DNA from: Hamiltosporidium tvaerminnensis FI-OER-3-3
Lineage: Eukaryota > Fungi > Microsporidia
Assembly (NCBI GenBank): GCA_022605425.2
Contig: JAKIMF020000001.1
Coordinates: forward strand, 1,922,001 to 1,986,000
Direction of reading: 5' to 3'
Length of the DNA: 64,000 bases
The notes beneath the pieces were generated by a model. The model searched no databases. It was not told the origin of the DNA and saw nothing but the letters and a program-made list of their open reading frames with translations. The translations under genes were made by a program, and so were the position numbers. Numbering within the stretch: the stretch's first letter is position 1; the number at the start of each line of letters is the position of its first letter. Below, piece after piece: positions 26,201 through 36,969 of this stretch.

Positions 26201-26570
26201 TTTAGGCCGTACATTCCAGTTATCTGCTACTAATTCGAGCATTTTTCAAGTTACAATACCCTTTTTACCACGAGACTGATTAGACCACAGGAATTTGTTG
26301 AACGGAACGATTGCTCACATACATAGACTTCATACAAAGGGAGAGGTTGTGTATTAGACGAGAAAAGGTTATTTTGATTATATTTTTTATCACCTGTTTT
26401 TAAAAGTGGTAGATGTGTTTATTTTGTATGTGTGATTACTGGCATACAAGAATGAAAGTGTATATTACGTTCATTTTAGGCATTTTTACTTTTATTTAAC
26501 ATATCGGTGTTGTTTTTAGTCTTTTTTATTATATTTTTCATTGCGAGGGGATTTTCTTACACCAATAAAA
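23300..26570 (-). mobile_element. Old, heavily decayed near-full-length RLE LINE related to 5585-9393
   Basis: Minus-strand patches resemble the intact element (ESITEAAYI region ~25800, DFSKLDDAVRAVLVKNK region ~24250, W..GNI.PR.E region ~23510); boundaries approximate. Confidence 0.65.
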
Positions 26571-26705
26571 AATCTTTTTCAAAAAAAACATTTTTATTAA
26601 GAGTCACAAGGTCTAATAAATTTTTTTACTAAAAATATGTCAAGGAATAAAACTTTTAAGTCAAAAGAAATGCAAAAATAAACCTAAAAAAATGCTTTTG
26701 TAAAT

Positions 26706-27416
26706 TTAATCTTCCATTTCAGATATTCTCATCAATGCAGTATCAATTTGCTCAACCGATAAATTTCGCAGGATTAAATCTTTCGAAAAATATACAACTG
26801 CAATATCATTCGGATTAAATTCCGCACCTATTGATTCAGACAAGCTTTCAATGGCCAGATCAATTGTTTCTTGTTCTGTCATATTTTTTGTATATTTCTT
26901 TTCAAGATGTTTATTAATTCGTGAATAATGTTCGCCTATTCCAACTGCAAAATATGGATAAACCACGGCAGAAGTATCTGTATAATACATTACAGGATCA
27001 TCATTGTCGAAACTAATAAAAACTGCATTGAAAGATAAAGCACGTTCTCCTGTAGATTGTATAAGTTTTTGCATTTTGTCTGCAAATGATCTACACAAAA
27101 TATCCGATGAAACAGGCATCCCAATTTTGTATTCCAAGCTACATGCCATGTCTTTTATTTTATAAATAATTTGGTCAATATCTGCAAGTATTCCAGTAAT
27201 GACTACAAATACATTTTTTGATACTTGAAAAACTTTCCCAGGAACATGTTCTTCTAACAATTCAATTGTTTGCTTTTTATATGCACACACTACTATATTC
27301 TTACCTTGTACTACAGAAATGGGAATGCTATTGTTAGCTGCCTCTAGTGCATATTCAACCTGAAGCAAAGTTCCATCCGGACTGAACATATTATAATAGT
27401 GATAGTTTTTAACCAT
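26706..27416 (-). CDS. PSMA6: 20S proteasome alpha subunit, type 6 (alpha1/SCL1-like), 236 aa
   Basis: N-terminal signature MFSPDGTLLQVEYALEA; YKIGMPVSSDILC...ADKMQ resembles alpha1. Start moved to MVKNY because CACCCCTTA precedes that ATG. Confidence 0.88.
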   Translation of the reverse strand: MVKNYHYYNMFSPDGTLLQVEYALEAANNSIPISVVQGKNIVVCAYKKQTIELLEEHVPGKVFQVSKNVFVVITGILADIDQIIYKIKDMACSLEYKIGMPVSSDILCRSFADKMQKLIQSTGERALSFNAVFISFDNDDPVMYYTDTSAVVYPYFAVGIGEHYSRINKHLEKKYTKNMTEQETIDLAIESLSESIGAEFNPNDIAVVYFSKDLILRNLSVEQIDTALMRISEMED

Positions 27417-27677
27417 TAAGGGGTGTACATGTTTTTTTCTTTTAAAATATTTTATTTTTAAATTATCCATAATACGTTAATATTTCCAAAGAAAATTTGA
27501 ACAAAAACTTATTTGAAAATCCAAGGTAGAAAAAAATACAAAAATGTGTGATAAAAACATTTCAAACCTAAAATTAATTGAATAAAATTAAAATCACATT
27601 TTATATTTAAAAAAAATGCGAGATTAAAAATGTAAAAAATTTTTTATTTATTGAAATTAAATATTTTATCACTTATT

Positions 27678-27773
27678 TGTCGGATTTGTAAGAGAAACAA
27701 CAGTGGTAAAAGAAGAGAAGAAAATGCTTAAAGATCGTAAAACTATTTTAACCCAGAATTTTATTCAATAAAA
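27678..27773 (+). mobile_element. Very short 5'-truncated RLE LINE 3' end
   Basis: GAAACAACAGTGGTAAAAGAAG...TTTTAACCCAGAATTTTATTCAATAAAA resembles ~9310-9393. Confidence 0.7.
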
Positions 27774-29832
27774 TTATTACTTATTTTATTCATTTAATTC
27801 TATTTTAATAGACTCTTTTAGTTCTATTTGCCATTTGTTGTTTCAAATTTTTACAAATTTTAATTTATATTTATTTCTTTAGTTTTTTAATTTAAATATA
27901 TGTTTAATCCACGAATATATATTTTTCATTTGAGTTTTTGCTTTTTTATATGAATAGATGTATTTATTTATTTCGTTAACCCAATAAATTTCTTTTTAAT
28001 AATATCTCCTTCTCGTGTATTTAATTTAATTTCAGCTACTCTTATTCGAAAATAAAATAAAGTTACATTTGTAGTATTAATGTTAGAATAATTGATTTTC
28101 TTCTATTTAGAACAACTTAAAAAAAAAATTATTCTCTTTATTTTATTAAACAATAATTAATAATTCTTTTTGATATTTAGGAATGAGATAGATGGCTTAA
28201 ATATATTCATGAAATGTAATGATTTGAGAATATAAATATTTTTGTGTGTTCAAAGAATTTGTTTTATGCTTCGTGTGTAACTTAGAGATAGATTTGTGTC
28301 AGTGTTATTCTTAAATGCAAATCATGGATATTTTAAGTTCTGTTTGTACTACATTTTTGTGATCAATAGCGTTGTATTTTTATCAAAAAAATTATAAGAT
28401 TTCATTTGATTAAACATCTGGAAAGAAATCATTCGAAATACTTGCCATTTATAATTGTAAAATACAAAAATAAAAATTTAAAGTTCGAAAAATATTTTAA
28501 ACAACGTTCCTATCTATTCACGTTCTCGTATGGCTTAAATACCTGAAAATATTTTCATTTTATCATTTATTTTAATAATAAGATTTTCCGATAAATTTTC
28601 GATATTCGGTAAAGATTTTCAATATACTTTTATAAGTTTTCTGAATAATTTAGTCTATTATTTTTATCAGTCTAATTCTGAGTTAATAATATCTTTGAAC
28701 CCAAATTCATTTTTTTATTTTGGTTATAACATAAAAAACTAAAAGCTTTTTTCCATTTAAGTTAGAAAAATTACTATTTATGTTTTATTTATAATTGAAG
28801 CTTTCTTCTCTGTTAACCAAAAAATGAACTTTAAGATCATTTATATTTTTTTGTTCGAATTATTAAGGTTTTTGATTTGATATGCGTGTTTATAAAAGTT
28901 TTTTTAAAAATCAAGCCATGATCGTGAAAAAAAGTATTGTAACATAGACAGTTTGCCGAAATTAGACAAAGGATTCTTTGGCTATTTGTTCGGTATTTAT
29001 TAAAACAGCTTAAAGCCTCATATGTAACTGCGTTTGAATTTTTCGAGTATAATGCTTATTTTTATGATTCTGGATGCTCCATGAGTCAATATATTTTTAT
29101 ATCCGTTTTCTGTATTTTAAACTTGATTTTTCAGATCAATTAGCGAAAAATGCCAAAAAATCGTACAAAGATAGGTTTTCATTAAGTTTTTTGGCGATTC
29201 TTTTGTATATCTGAAATTGAATGTCCATATTTACATTGGAGATTCAATTTTTTATTCCACTGCAGAAATTATTTAAATATAATTCAAATGTTTTTTTCTT
29301 TTCTTTAATATTATTCAGCTATTTACAATAATAAGGTTTGAATTTGGGAAATAAGTTATTGAGCCGTACAAGATTTAAAAGTTTAAATTATAATCATCTT
29401 CAACCTGACAAATAAAGAAATATTAAAACTTAAATTCAATTAGATATAAAGCCGAACTAAAATCAAAGCACATATGATCGCTCATAATTTTAAGCTATTA
29501 GAATAAAAAGAAAGCAACATTCAAATTCTTATAGAGTAATAAATATTAAATTTAAAAAAATCCATAATGTGTTAGAATTATTATTGTGAACCACGAGGCA
29601 AAGGCTGCTTGCTTATCTTGATTAAATTACAAGGTAAACATATCAAATAAATGCTTTAGTATGAATATTTTTTTTAGCAAATTACGTTTTAGTTCAGTCT
29701 GAAAATCGAATGCTCAAACATGTCAATAATATATCTCAAAATGTATTATGTTTGAACCTTATATTTTTTTGACTAACTATTATATTCGATAATCGCAAAA
29801 AATTCAAAATAACTTTGTAGAAAAAATTTAAT

Positions 29833-30560
29833 CTTTATTTAAAAGTATCACATCTTTTTAAAATAGTGGCAAGTGTTATATTTGTTTTTATGATATTAAC
29901 GCAGTTCTAGGTTTAACATAAATGACTGCTACCCCAACACTCCATCGGTAACCCCTGCGATACCTACGTCCCAAAGCCTTTCATCTACCAGGTGTGTAGA
30001 ACCTAATTAATAGGCGAGGCAGTTGCCCGGAGTTCGTTAATGTCCGTTGCATGGAGTGTGATCGAAGGCCGAAGCCCCCCCTGGGCTCCCCCAAGACTAT
30101 GCAGCATTCCCACTTACTCTACACTTTCTGAACCCAATAAACTTCTAGCTAAGATATATTTCAGAGATTTACATGGGGTCCACCTAGATAGTGCAATGTC
30201 ATACCAACAGGTATAACCTGCTACTTAGCTTTCCTGGCTTTAAATGGTTTTTTGTTTTATGTCTCCCAGGCGCTAAGTCTTCTAACCCGAGTGAGCAAGG
30301 CTAGGTTTCCATGCTTTTACATGGCAATTACCTACATTTTCAGCTGCCGCCTGCAATCTGGTTACATAAAAAACTACAAATAAATTTGTAGAAAAAGTTT
30401 CTCCATTTCTTAGACCTCTCCTCTTCATAACAACTCCCATGGAACAACCGAAGATGTAGTGTGGTTTTATTCCCACCAAAAATCCAAACAATGATCTCAC
30501 ACCAGTTTCACACACTCATTGCCAAGCAGAAAGTATTTTTTGTGGTTATCCTCCCTGCAC
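29833..30560 (-). mobile_element. Unclassified ~720-bp structured non-coding repeat, copy 2 (best preserved, most GC-rich)
   Basis: Three colinear copies with shared ends; many hairpins; no conserved ORF and no TIRs. Confidence 0.8.
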
Positions 30561-31301
30561 AGAAAAAATTTAATAAATGAGTATGCAGATCTAATATCTG
30601 AGCTAAAAATAAAATAATTCCAAAATAGATGATACAGACATAATATATTTTAAATCAGAAATTTGCGATGACATGTCTTATATGCCTAAAAAAAGCTTTC
30701 GTTCAAGAGTTTGAATTTTAAAATATAGAAACCTAAGGTATATAGACCTAGCTCGCTTCTTGATTAACCAAGTCTTATTTATAAATTAGCTTTTAGATTG
30801 GTTCAAATAGAATACTCAGATTATAATTCTAGCCAAGTAAAACATATGCATTATAGAAAACCTCGGATGTTTGTTTGGATTTTTAAAAACATTCAAAAAA
30901 CAATTCTTGTCAAACAAATTATATTGATCTGAATGAGTAAGAATGATGATTAGATCGAATACTGATGATTATAAAAACGACAGAAAGAAATCAGGATCCG
31001 TGAAAAATGCTTTATCTCGATTATTCATAAGGATATGGATGGAGAAGATTTTTTTACACAAAAGCGTACCTATAATTTAAAAAAAAAATTCCTCTGAGAT
31101 ATAAAGAAATATTTCGTTAAGAAATTTTGAAAAAAACAAATTGACTCTCTCTTTATAAAAAAAACTTCGTGAAAGGAACCAATGTTGCAATGTAAACCCT
31201 ATTAGTAACATTTTGATCAAATAGATATGAAATAAGTAAGTGTTCTTGAATTTTTTTATTTCTGATAAATATGTAAAAATACTTTAAAAGGCTTCTGTTG
31301 T

Positions 31302-31850
31302 TTATCCATTCAAATCATTGACAATTACTTTGTATTCAATTTCATTATCATTGTTTTTTAATAGAACTCTGTATGAAATAATTCTAAAAAAGCAATTTCC
31401 TAATCTCGGAACATATACTTTATTGCCGTTTTCTAGCTTGGGTCTATAGTGATTTGTAACAATGATAGTCGCATTATTCGAATAAATTAAGTCCCAAAGT
31501 TTATTATAAATCTTTTTTGGATGATTTTCTTCCCCTGGTTTGATAGAATACCTGTTCCATTCAATCACAAATGTAATTGAATCGATAAATAAATAAAACC
31601 CGATTTCACTTTGTAAAATACTGCAAACATCATAAAAATCGCTTATACTAAATATTCTAAAGCATTCGTATTCTTTATTTCTATTTTGGTGTTTTATGAG
31701 TAAATCTATATTTCCGATCGTGTCTATAAAAAATACTTTTTTTTTCTGTTTTGCCATTTCTAGAAAAAGCTTATTGATTTGAATCTGTGGAAAGGTACAG
31801 ATTTCTATTAAAGATTCTTCCTTAAAACAATCCTCTTGAAAATATATCAT
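31302..31850 (-). CDS. Rad51/RecA-fold paralog-like protein (182 aa) with degenerate Walker A
   Basis: Motifs VFFIDT, LFIDSIT (Walker B), IIVTNH, VPRLG...ISYRVLL in RecA-fold order; first ATG at 31850. Confidence 0.65.
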   Translation of the reverse strand: MIYFQEDCFKEESLIEICTFPQIQINKLFLEMAKQKKKVFFIDTIGNIDLLIKHQNRNKEYECFRIFSISDFYDVCSILQSEIGFYLFIDSITFVIEWNRYSIKPGEENHPKKIYNKLWDLIYSNNATIIVTNHYRPKLENGNKVYVPRLGNCFFRIISYRVLLKNNDNEIEYKVIVNDLNG

Positions 31851-33674
31851 CCGGTAATTTATGGGCTGATAAAATGTAAGATTCAAGTAATAAATTATCG
31901 CGGAAAATATCTTTAAGAATAAATTATGGAATCAAATTTTTAAATTTTTGAAAGCGTTTGTCTGCTTTATGGTTTATTTTTTTTGAAGCATTTTTTATTA
32001 TTTAAAATATATTTTGTGTTCGTGTTTTAAAATAGTAAACAACTTCGTCATTGTAAAAATCTTCTTTATGTTGGAATTGTACCTATAAACAACAAATTTG
32101 GTTTAGATTCTTTATTTTTCTTTCACTTCATGATTAACTGACGATCTAATCTAGAATTTAAACTATAAAATTATTAAAAACGTGCAAATAGGACAAGCAA
32201 GACCAATTTTTTTCAATGTATCGTAACAGTATTTCAATAAAAGTAAGAACTCCTAAAAAATATTTGCTTCGCAGTGAGTGTGTTAAATTGAAGTGAAAAT
32301 TATTTCTGGAAATTTTGGTAGGATATAAACCAAACCGGATTTATAAAGCAATCCGCTATAAATCACAGTTATAACGGATCAAAGGAAACATATATAAAAG
32401 CAAAGACCAGCCATGGAAACCAAACCATGACCTATGGGACCCAAAAGCAAGAGGGTTGTCGGAAAATATGAGAGCTTTTGAATGTTGAAATGGTTTGCCC
32501 CAGAAAACCAGCTTTAAGCAAAATATTTATAGATAGAAAATGCCAAGACATTATCCAGCGACAGAATATGTGGCTTCTGTTTGTTCACCATCGATACCGA
32601 GAGGTAAAAGAGGACCGAAATAAGTGAAATGTAGTCGCTTACCTGCCTTAAAATATAATTTTTTTACAATTTTAAATCTACTCACATATTTAGTGAAAAC
32701 ATAAGACGAATTACACTTCAAAATTTATATAACTGGGGTTTTCTTTTTGCATACATAAGAAATAATTTATGAAATGAAAATGTAATCAGATCTTCTATTA
32801 TTTAAGGTACCTGCCGAATAAAATAAATTTCTTATTTGTTTTTTAATTTCCTTCATATGTATTATTAGTTTGTATGTTTATATTACAGGATATCTATATG
32901 CATTATTTATAAGGTTTAATCTCCAGCATTTCAAGCTACTATACTATATCTTCTATCTTACCGAATCCCGTTTTTTTCCTAAATTATTTATTGCTGGTAA
33001 TCCGATGGTATTCATGGCAATTTTTATCATTTAAGATTATTTCTTTTAAATAAGATTGCTGGTTAATATATAATCCAAAACGTTAAAACAAATTTCTTTC
33101 TGACATATTTTACACAAGCAAGGTTTTCTAGAATCAGTATTGAAGTATTTACTAAAACTCAAAGCAAAAATTAAATTTTTAACAAAACATTGGGGAAGAA
33201 AAAATACCTAAGAATGAAAATATTGTCTGCTAATTATTTTTTATTTATTCTATTTTTTTAAGAATAATCTACAATCAATATTATTCTGAATGATCTGAAT
33301 TATATAGATTGCTAAAAAAATATTTTTAAAGTTGTGTTTAGGATGAATCAAGAAGAATATCAAGCATATTTTTTGTTATTACTTGGATTTTTATGAAAAT
33401 AATACCTATGAGACCTAGTAATCTAAATAACAAAGACATGTTTAACACAAATTCAGTAGGAAAATATTTTAGTCCATTTTAATATTAAGGAAATAATGGC
33501 AACTATAAGCCATAAAAGTTATATATTAAATTCAATGCAGATAAAATATATAAAACTAGAATATTCTTTGACTAAAAAACGTCTAAAAAAAATTATTTAT
33601 AAAAAAAACCTTCCAGATTTATAAAATACATAAGGGTAAATTCAAATCTATAAAACCAAAAAAAAATTTTTATT

Positions 33675-35216
33675 ATGAATTTGCTATTTTTAAGTTTGAT
33701 TTTATTGTTTTGTCTATCAAAAGCTTCAAATTTAGCAAATCCATTAGATATTGATACTTCGGGAACGCGGAATGCAATGAATAATTGCAAAGAAAGCAAT
33801 AAATCGAAGGATATAGAAACAGAAGAATGCCTAAATGTCATTTTGAGTAATATGCCTTTCTTTACAATATCCTTTGTACTTTTTTGTGCACCAAAATTTG
33901 GGAATTTTTACAATCTTTTCTCAGAATTCTTCCTAAGAAAATATAACGCACTTTTAAACGACTTTTATGTAGAATAATCTAATGCAATCGGTACTTTAGA
34001 GTGTTTTACTGCGTTTACTGAATATGATCTTTATTATTCTACAACAAAAAGTATTCTTAGGTATTTTCGTCGTTGGATAATAAATGAAGCAATCGATTCC
34101 AAGGTTTTTGATGGAAATGAAAATAATATTTTGAATGAAATACTTATGAAAGATGATATTTTTGAAAAATATCTAGAAGAAGTAGTACAAGAAAAAAGAG
34201 AAATATTAAAATGGCTAGAAAATATGCAAATTTTCTATTATAAAGAAGATTATCTGGAAATTTTGAGAAATTCACTGCATTGTATTGAATTTTCAAGGTT
34301 TATAAGAACAGAGTCTCTTCTTATTTTCAAAGAAATATTTATTTTGCTTTTTGTCATCAATAATAGTAGTATTTCAATTTTATCACAAGAATGCCCACCT
34401 GAGTGCAACGATTTTAAAGTAAAAGAAAATTATTTTATTAATATTCTACGACGCAGCTATAATAGAAACAAATGGAAATCCCTTAAGATTTTTCAGAAAA
34501 GAGAAATATGTGAGAGAATAGATTCCAATACACTTATACTGATAACCGGATTAGATGTAATGTGTAAAATATTTTCCGACAAAATGGATCCTAATAATTT
34601 AAATAAGAACACATTTTCACGTATTTGTTATTTAAAAGGCACGGTATATCCGACTTTGTTCAGATCCAATGAAATTAAAATGTATCTACCGCATGAATAT
34701 GATCAGAATTTCATCGAATATCTTCAAAAATTTCTAAGCAAATCCGAATCTAAAATCATATTTGTAACTTTATTTTTTTCATATACTGATTTCATAGTAG
34801 CTTGTTTTCTAAAAGAAATACTTTCAAAATTCGGAGAAAAAGAATTTTATGATTTTTTCACATCTGATGTGGTAAAAACCAACGAATATATGAAAAATAA
34901 AGCCTTTAATGATACAATTCATGAAATTTCAACAAAGACATCTATATATGAGGAAATAACGACCTATTTTATACATTTGTCCCAAAGTATGAAGACACAA
35001 TTGTTTTTAAAGGTATCTATTATCAAAAATGAGGAAATCAATTTTTTAAAGATCTTTGACGATATATTACCTTCCATTATGAGCTGGAATTTAAGAAATA
35101 ACATTAGAAATGATGTATTTAATAGTAAAATGACTACAGTTTTTTTATATTCTTTACGATGCTGCATAAAACAGTCGATCAAGCGTATAAGGGTTCCTCA
35201 ATGTAGTTCAGCATAA
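33675..35216 (+). pseudogene. Lineage-specific secreted-protein gene (513 codons) interrupted by one in-frame TAA
   Basis: Signal peptide MNLLFLSLILLFCLSKA; ORFs 33675.. and 34131.. share a frame; only TAA 33975-77 interrupts, and 33978-34130 is stop-free. Confidence 0.75.
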
Positions 35217-35321
35217 GTTATTCGAATAACGAATTTTAATTGCGTATACTTTTCTTCTAAAAATTTCTTCAATATTTTACACACTTAGCAGCAAAATCAA
35301 CTTTAAAAACCAATTAAAAGA

Positions 35322-36218
35322 TTTATTTAATAAGATTTTAGGGTAAACCATTCTTTCACTCTTCATATGTTTTCTTTTACCTCTTGCACCATAATATTTC
35401 TTCTTCTAAATACACCTCTTAATTTATGCTAATTATTGGTTTCTCTAGTGTATTTTATTACTCAAAAAAATAATGTGTAATTTTTTGTTTTAAAATGTTT
35501 AACCCTTCTTCCTTGGTACTAACTTTTTTAATGGATATGGTTCCTCGTGCATTTCGGCTCTCTCAACAATACACATTAACGCTCTTCCCAGCTCTCTTCG
35601 GCATTTGGATCTGACTAAGTCTCTTCGTCGATCAGGGAAAGTGTTTCGACTGTTTTTTTGTAGTACTATGTATTGAATGTATGTCTTTACATTCATGGAT
35701 ATTTGCAGTCTTTTGAAATATGAATTATAGTATTTTGTAACCATACCGTTCCGGATTATCACATAAGGAATCATCTCAACATACACTTATAAATAAGATC
35801 TAACTCATTGGCTAGCAGGTCATATCTTCTAGGTTTTTCAGTTTCAACTATTTGAAGTGAATCTTGGGATTTTATTCCTGCTTTAATGAATGTAATTTTC
35901 TTTTTACATTTTCAAAAATAAATAACAGGTCTATTTTTACAAATATTAACATCTGTTTTTATTCTGGTGCTCCTTCTTATCTCTGCTTACTCATTTTCAA
36001 ATATTTCTTTAACTGAATGGCTTCAAATTCATTTTTAGGACTTTAATTCATATCGATTTAGAAGAAAAAGCTGCAAAAATCGTGTCACTTCATTATGCCA
36101 TCTGGTGTAGTCATGACCGAGCATTTTCTTACATTAAGTTTCTAAATTATATACGGTCTCACCAGATTTATTACACAGTGTTGTAACATACCTTCTGCTC
36201 CCGATAATACATTTTGTA
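35322..36218 (-). mobile_element. 5'-truncated decayed RLE LINE copy
   Basis: Decayed GHDYTR.HNEV, VETEK.R.YDLLANEL and AEMHEEP motifs; 3' AATAAA end. Confidence 0.85.
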
Positions 36219-36294
36219 ATGTAAAATAAATAAGTTGGATAATTTTAAATCCTAATCTGAAAGTAGTTTAGCTATGCAGAGATCTTTAAATTTT

Positions 36295-36520
36295 CCCACC
36301 ATGCGGGAGCAGATTTAGCAAGGTGTATTCCCTGCTTGTCATAAGAGGCGACTAAAAGGGACTGGTCCTCCCTGTTGCGCGTATGGCCAACAACCCGCTC
36401 TTTAAACCACCTTGCTACGAAACCTAAAAATGTAAATGAACCCACTGAAAAGAGACCAGTGGGGAGTATTACTGAGAGATGCCAAGGCTCGTGCAGGGCT
36501 GTAGTGCCGAGGATGAATGA
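36295..36520 (+). mobile_element. RTE-derived non-autonomous element (RTE 5' UTR joined to RTE 3' tail), copy 1
   Basis: CCCTGCTTGTC(A)TAAGAGGCGACTAAAAGGG, CTGGTCCTCC...GGCCAACAACCC, and 3' GCCAAGGCTCGTGCAGGGCTGTAGTGCCGAGGATGA resemble RTE termini as I recall them; second copy at ~49780. Confidence 0.72.
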
Positions 36521-36708
36521 AAAAGATCTTTTTATCTCAAGTATGAAAAGTCGGTTAATATACAAACGACTTAGAAAAATATTATAAGAAAAAGAAAATA
36601 AGGAAGCATATTTGCCTCTTAAGAATTCCGCACCCTTTTTTAAATAATTCGAGTATATTGGATAGAGCAGAAAGAAAATAGAAAATATTTAAAAACATTA
36701 TAAATCAT

Positions 36709-36969
36709 TTAATCTTCTTTTTCTTTTTCTTTGTCTCCGAAAACAACCAGATTTTTACGATAAAAAGGCCATGAAGGAACAACTAAAAGCACTACTAAAA
36801 TTACAGTAGCAATACCTCCATATAAAACATATTTTAAATCCCCTAAAGTATATCCAGCTATCAATGACATGGTATATCCAAGAATATATACAATCATCAT
36901 TATTTTTTTTGCTAATTCCTGACCTTTATAATCGATCTTTTCTATAAATAAATTACATATACATTGCAT
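36709..36969 (-). CDS. SPCS1: Signal peptidase complex subunit 1 (SPC12)
   Basis: IDYKGQELA...two TM helices...VVPSWPFYRKN; CCC upstream of ATG. Confidence 0.92.
   Translation of the reverse strand: MQCICNLFIEKIDYKGQELAKKIMMIVYILGYTMSLIAGYTLGDLKYVLYGGIATVILVVLLVVPSWPFYRKNLVVFGDKEKEKED

Noticed and set aside
27417-27470. N-terminal 18-aa extension of the proteasome ORF
   Set aside because: AT-rich promoter-like sequence; the CCC motif and family alignment favour the ATG at 27416.
27900-29720. Coding-like decayed stretches (also ~80-800, 13200-14000 and 37450-38400)
   Set aside because: Probably pseudogenes of lineage-specific families, but no frame or homology can be supported by eye.
29945-29995. 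Twister-like words (TAA..GC..GTCCCAAAGCC) on the plus strand of the 720-bp element
   Set aside because: No P4 closure and no downstream AGGG partner; no hammerhead CTGANGA core seen on either strand.
32280-32640. Slightly GC-richer patch, possible LTR gag/protease relic
   Set aside because: No convincing motif could be read.
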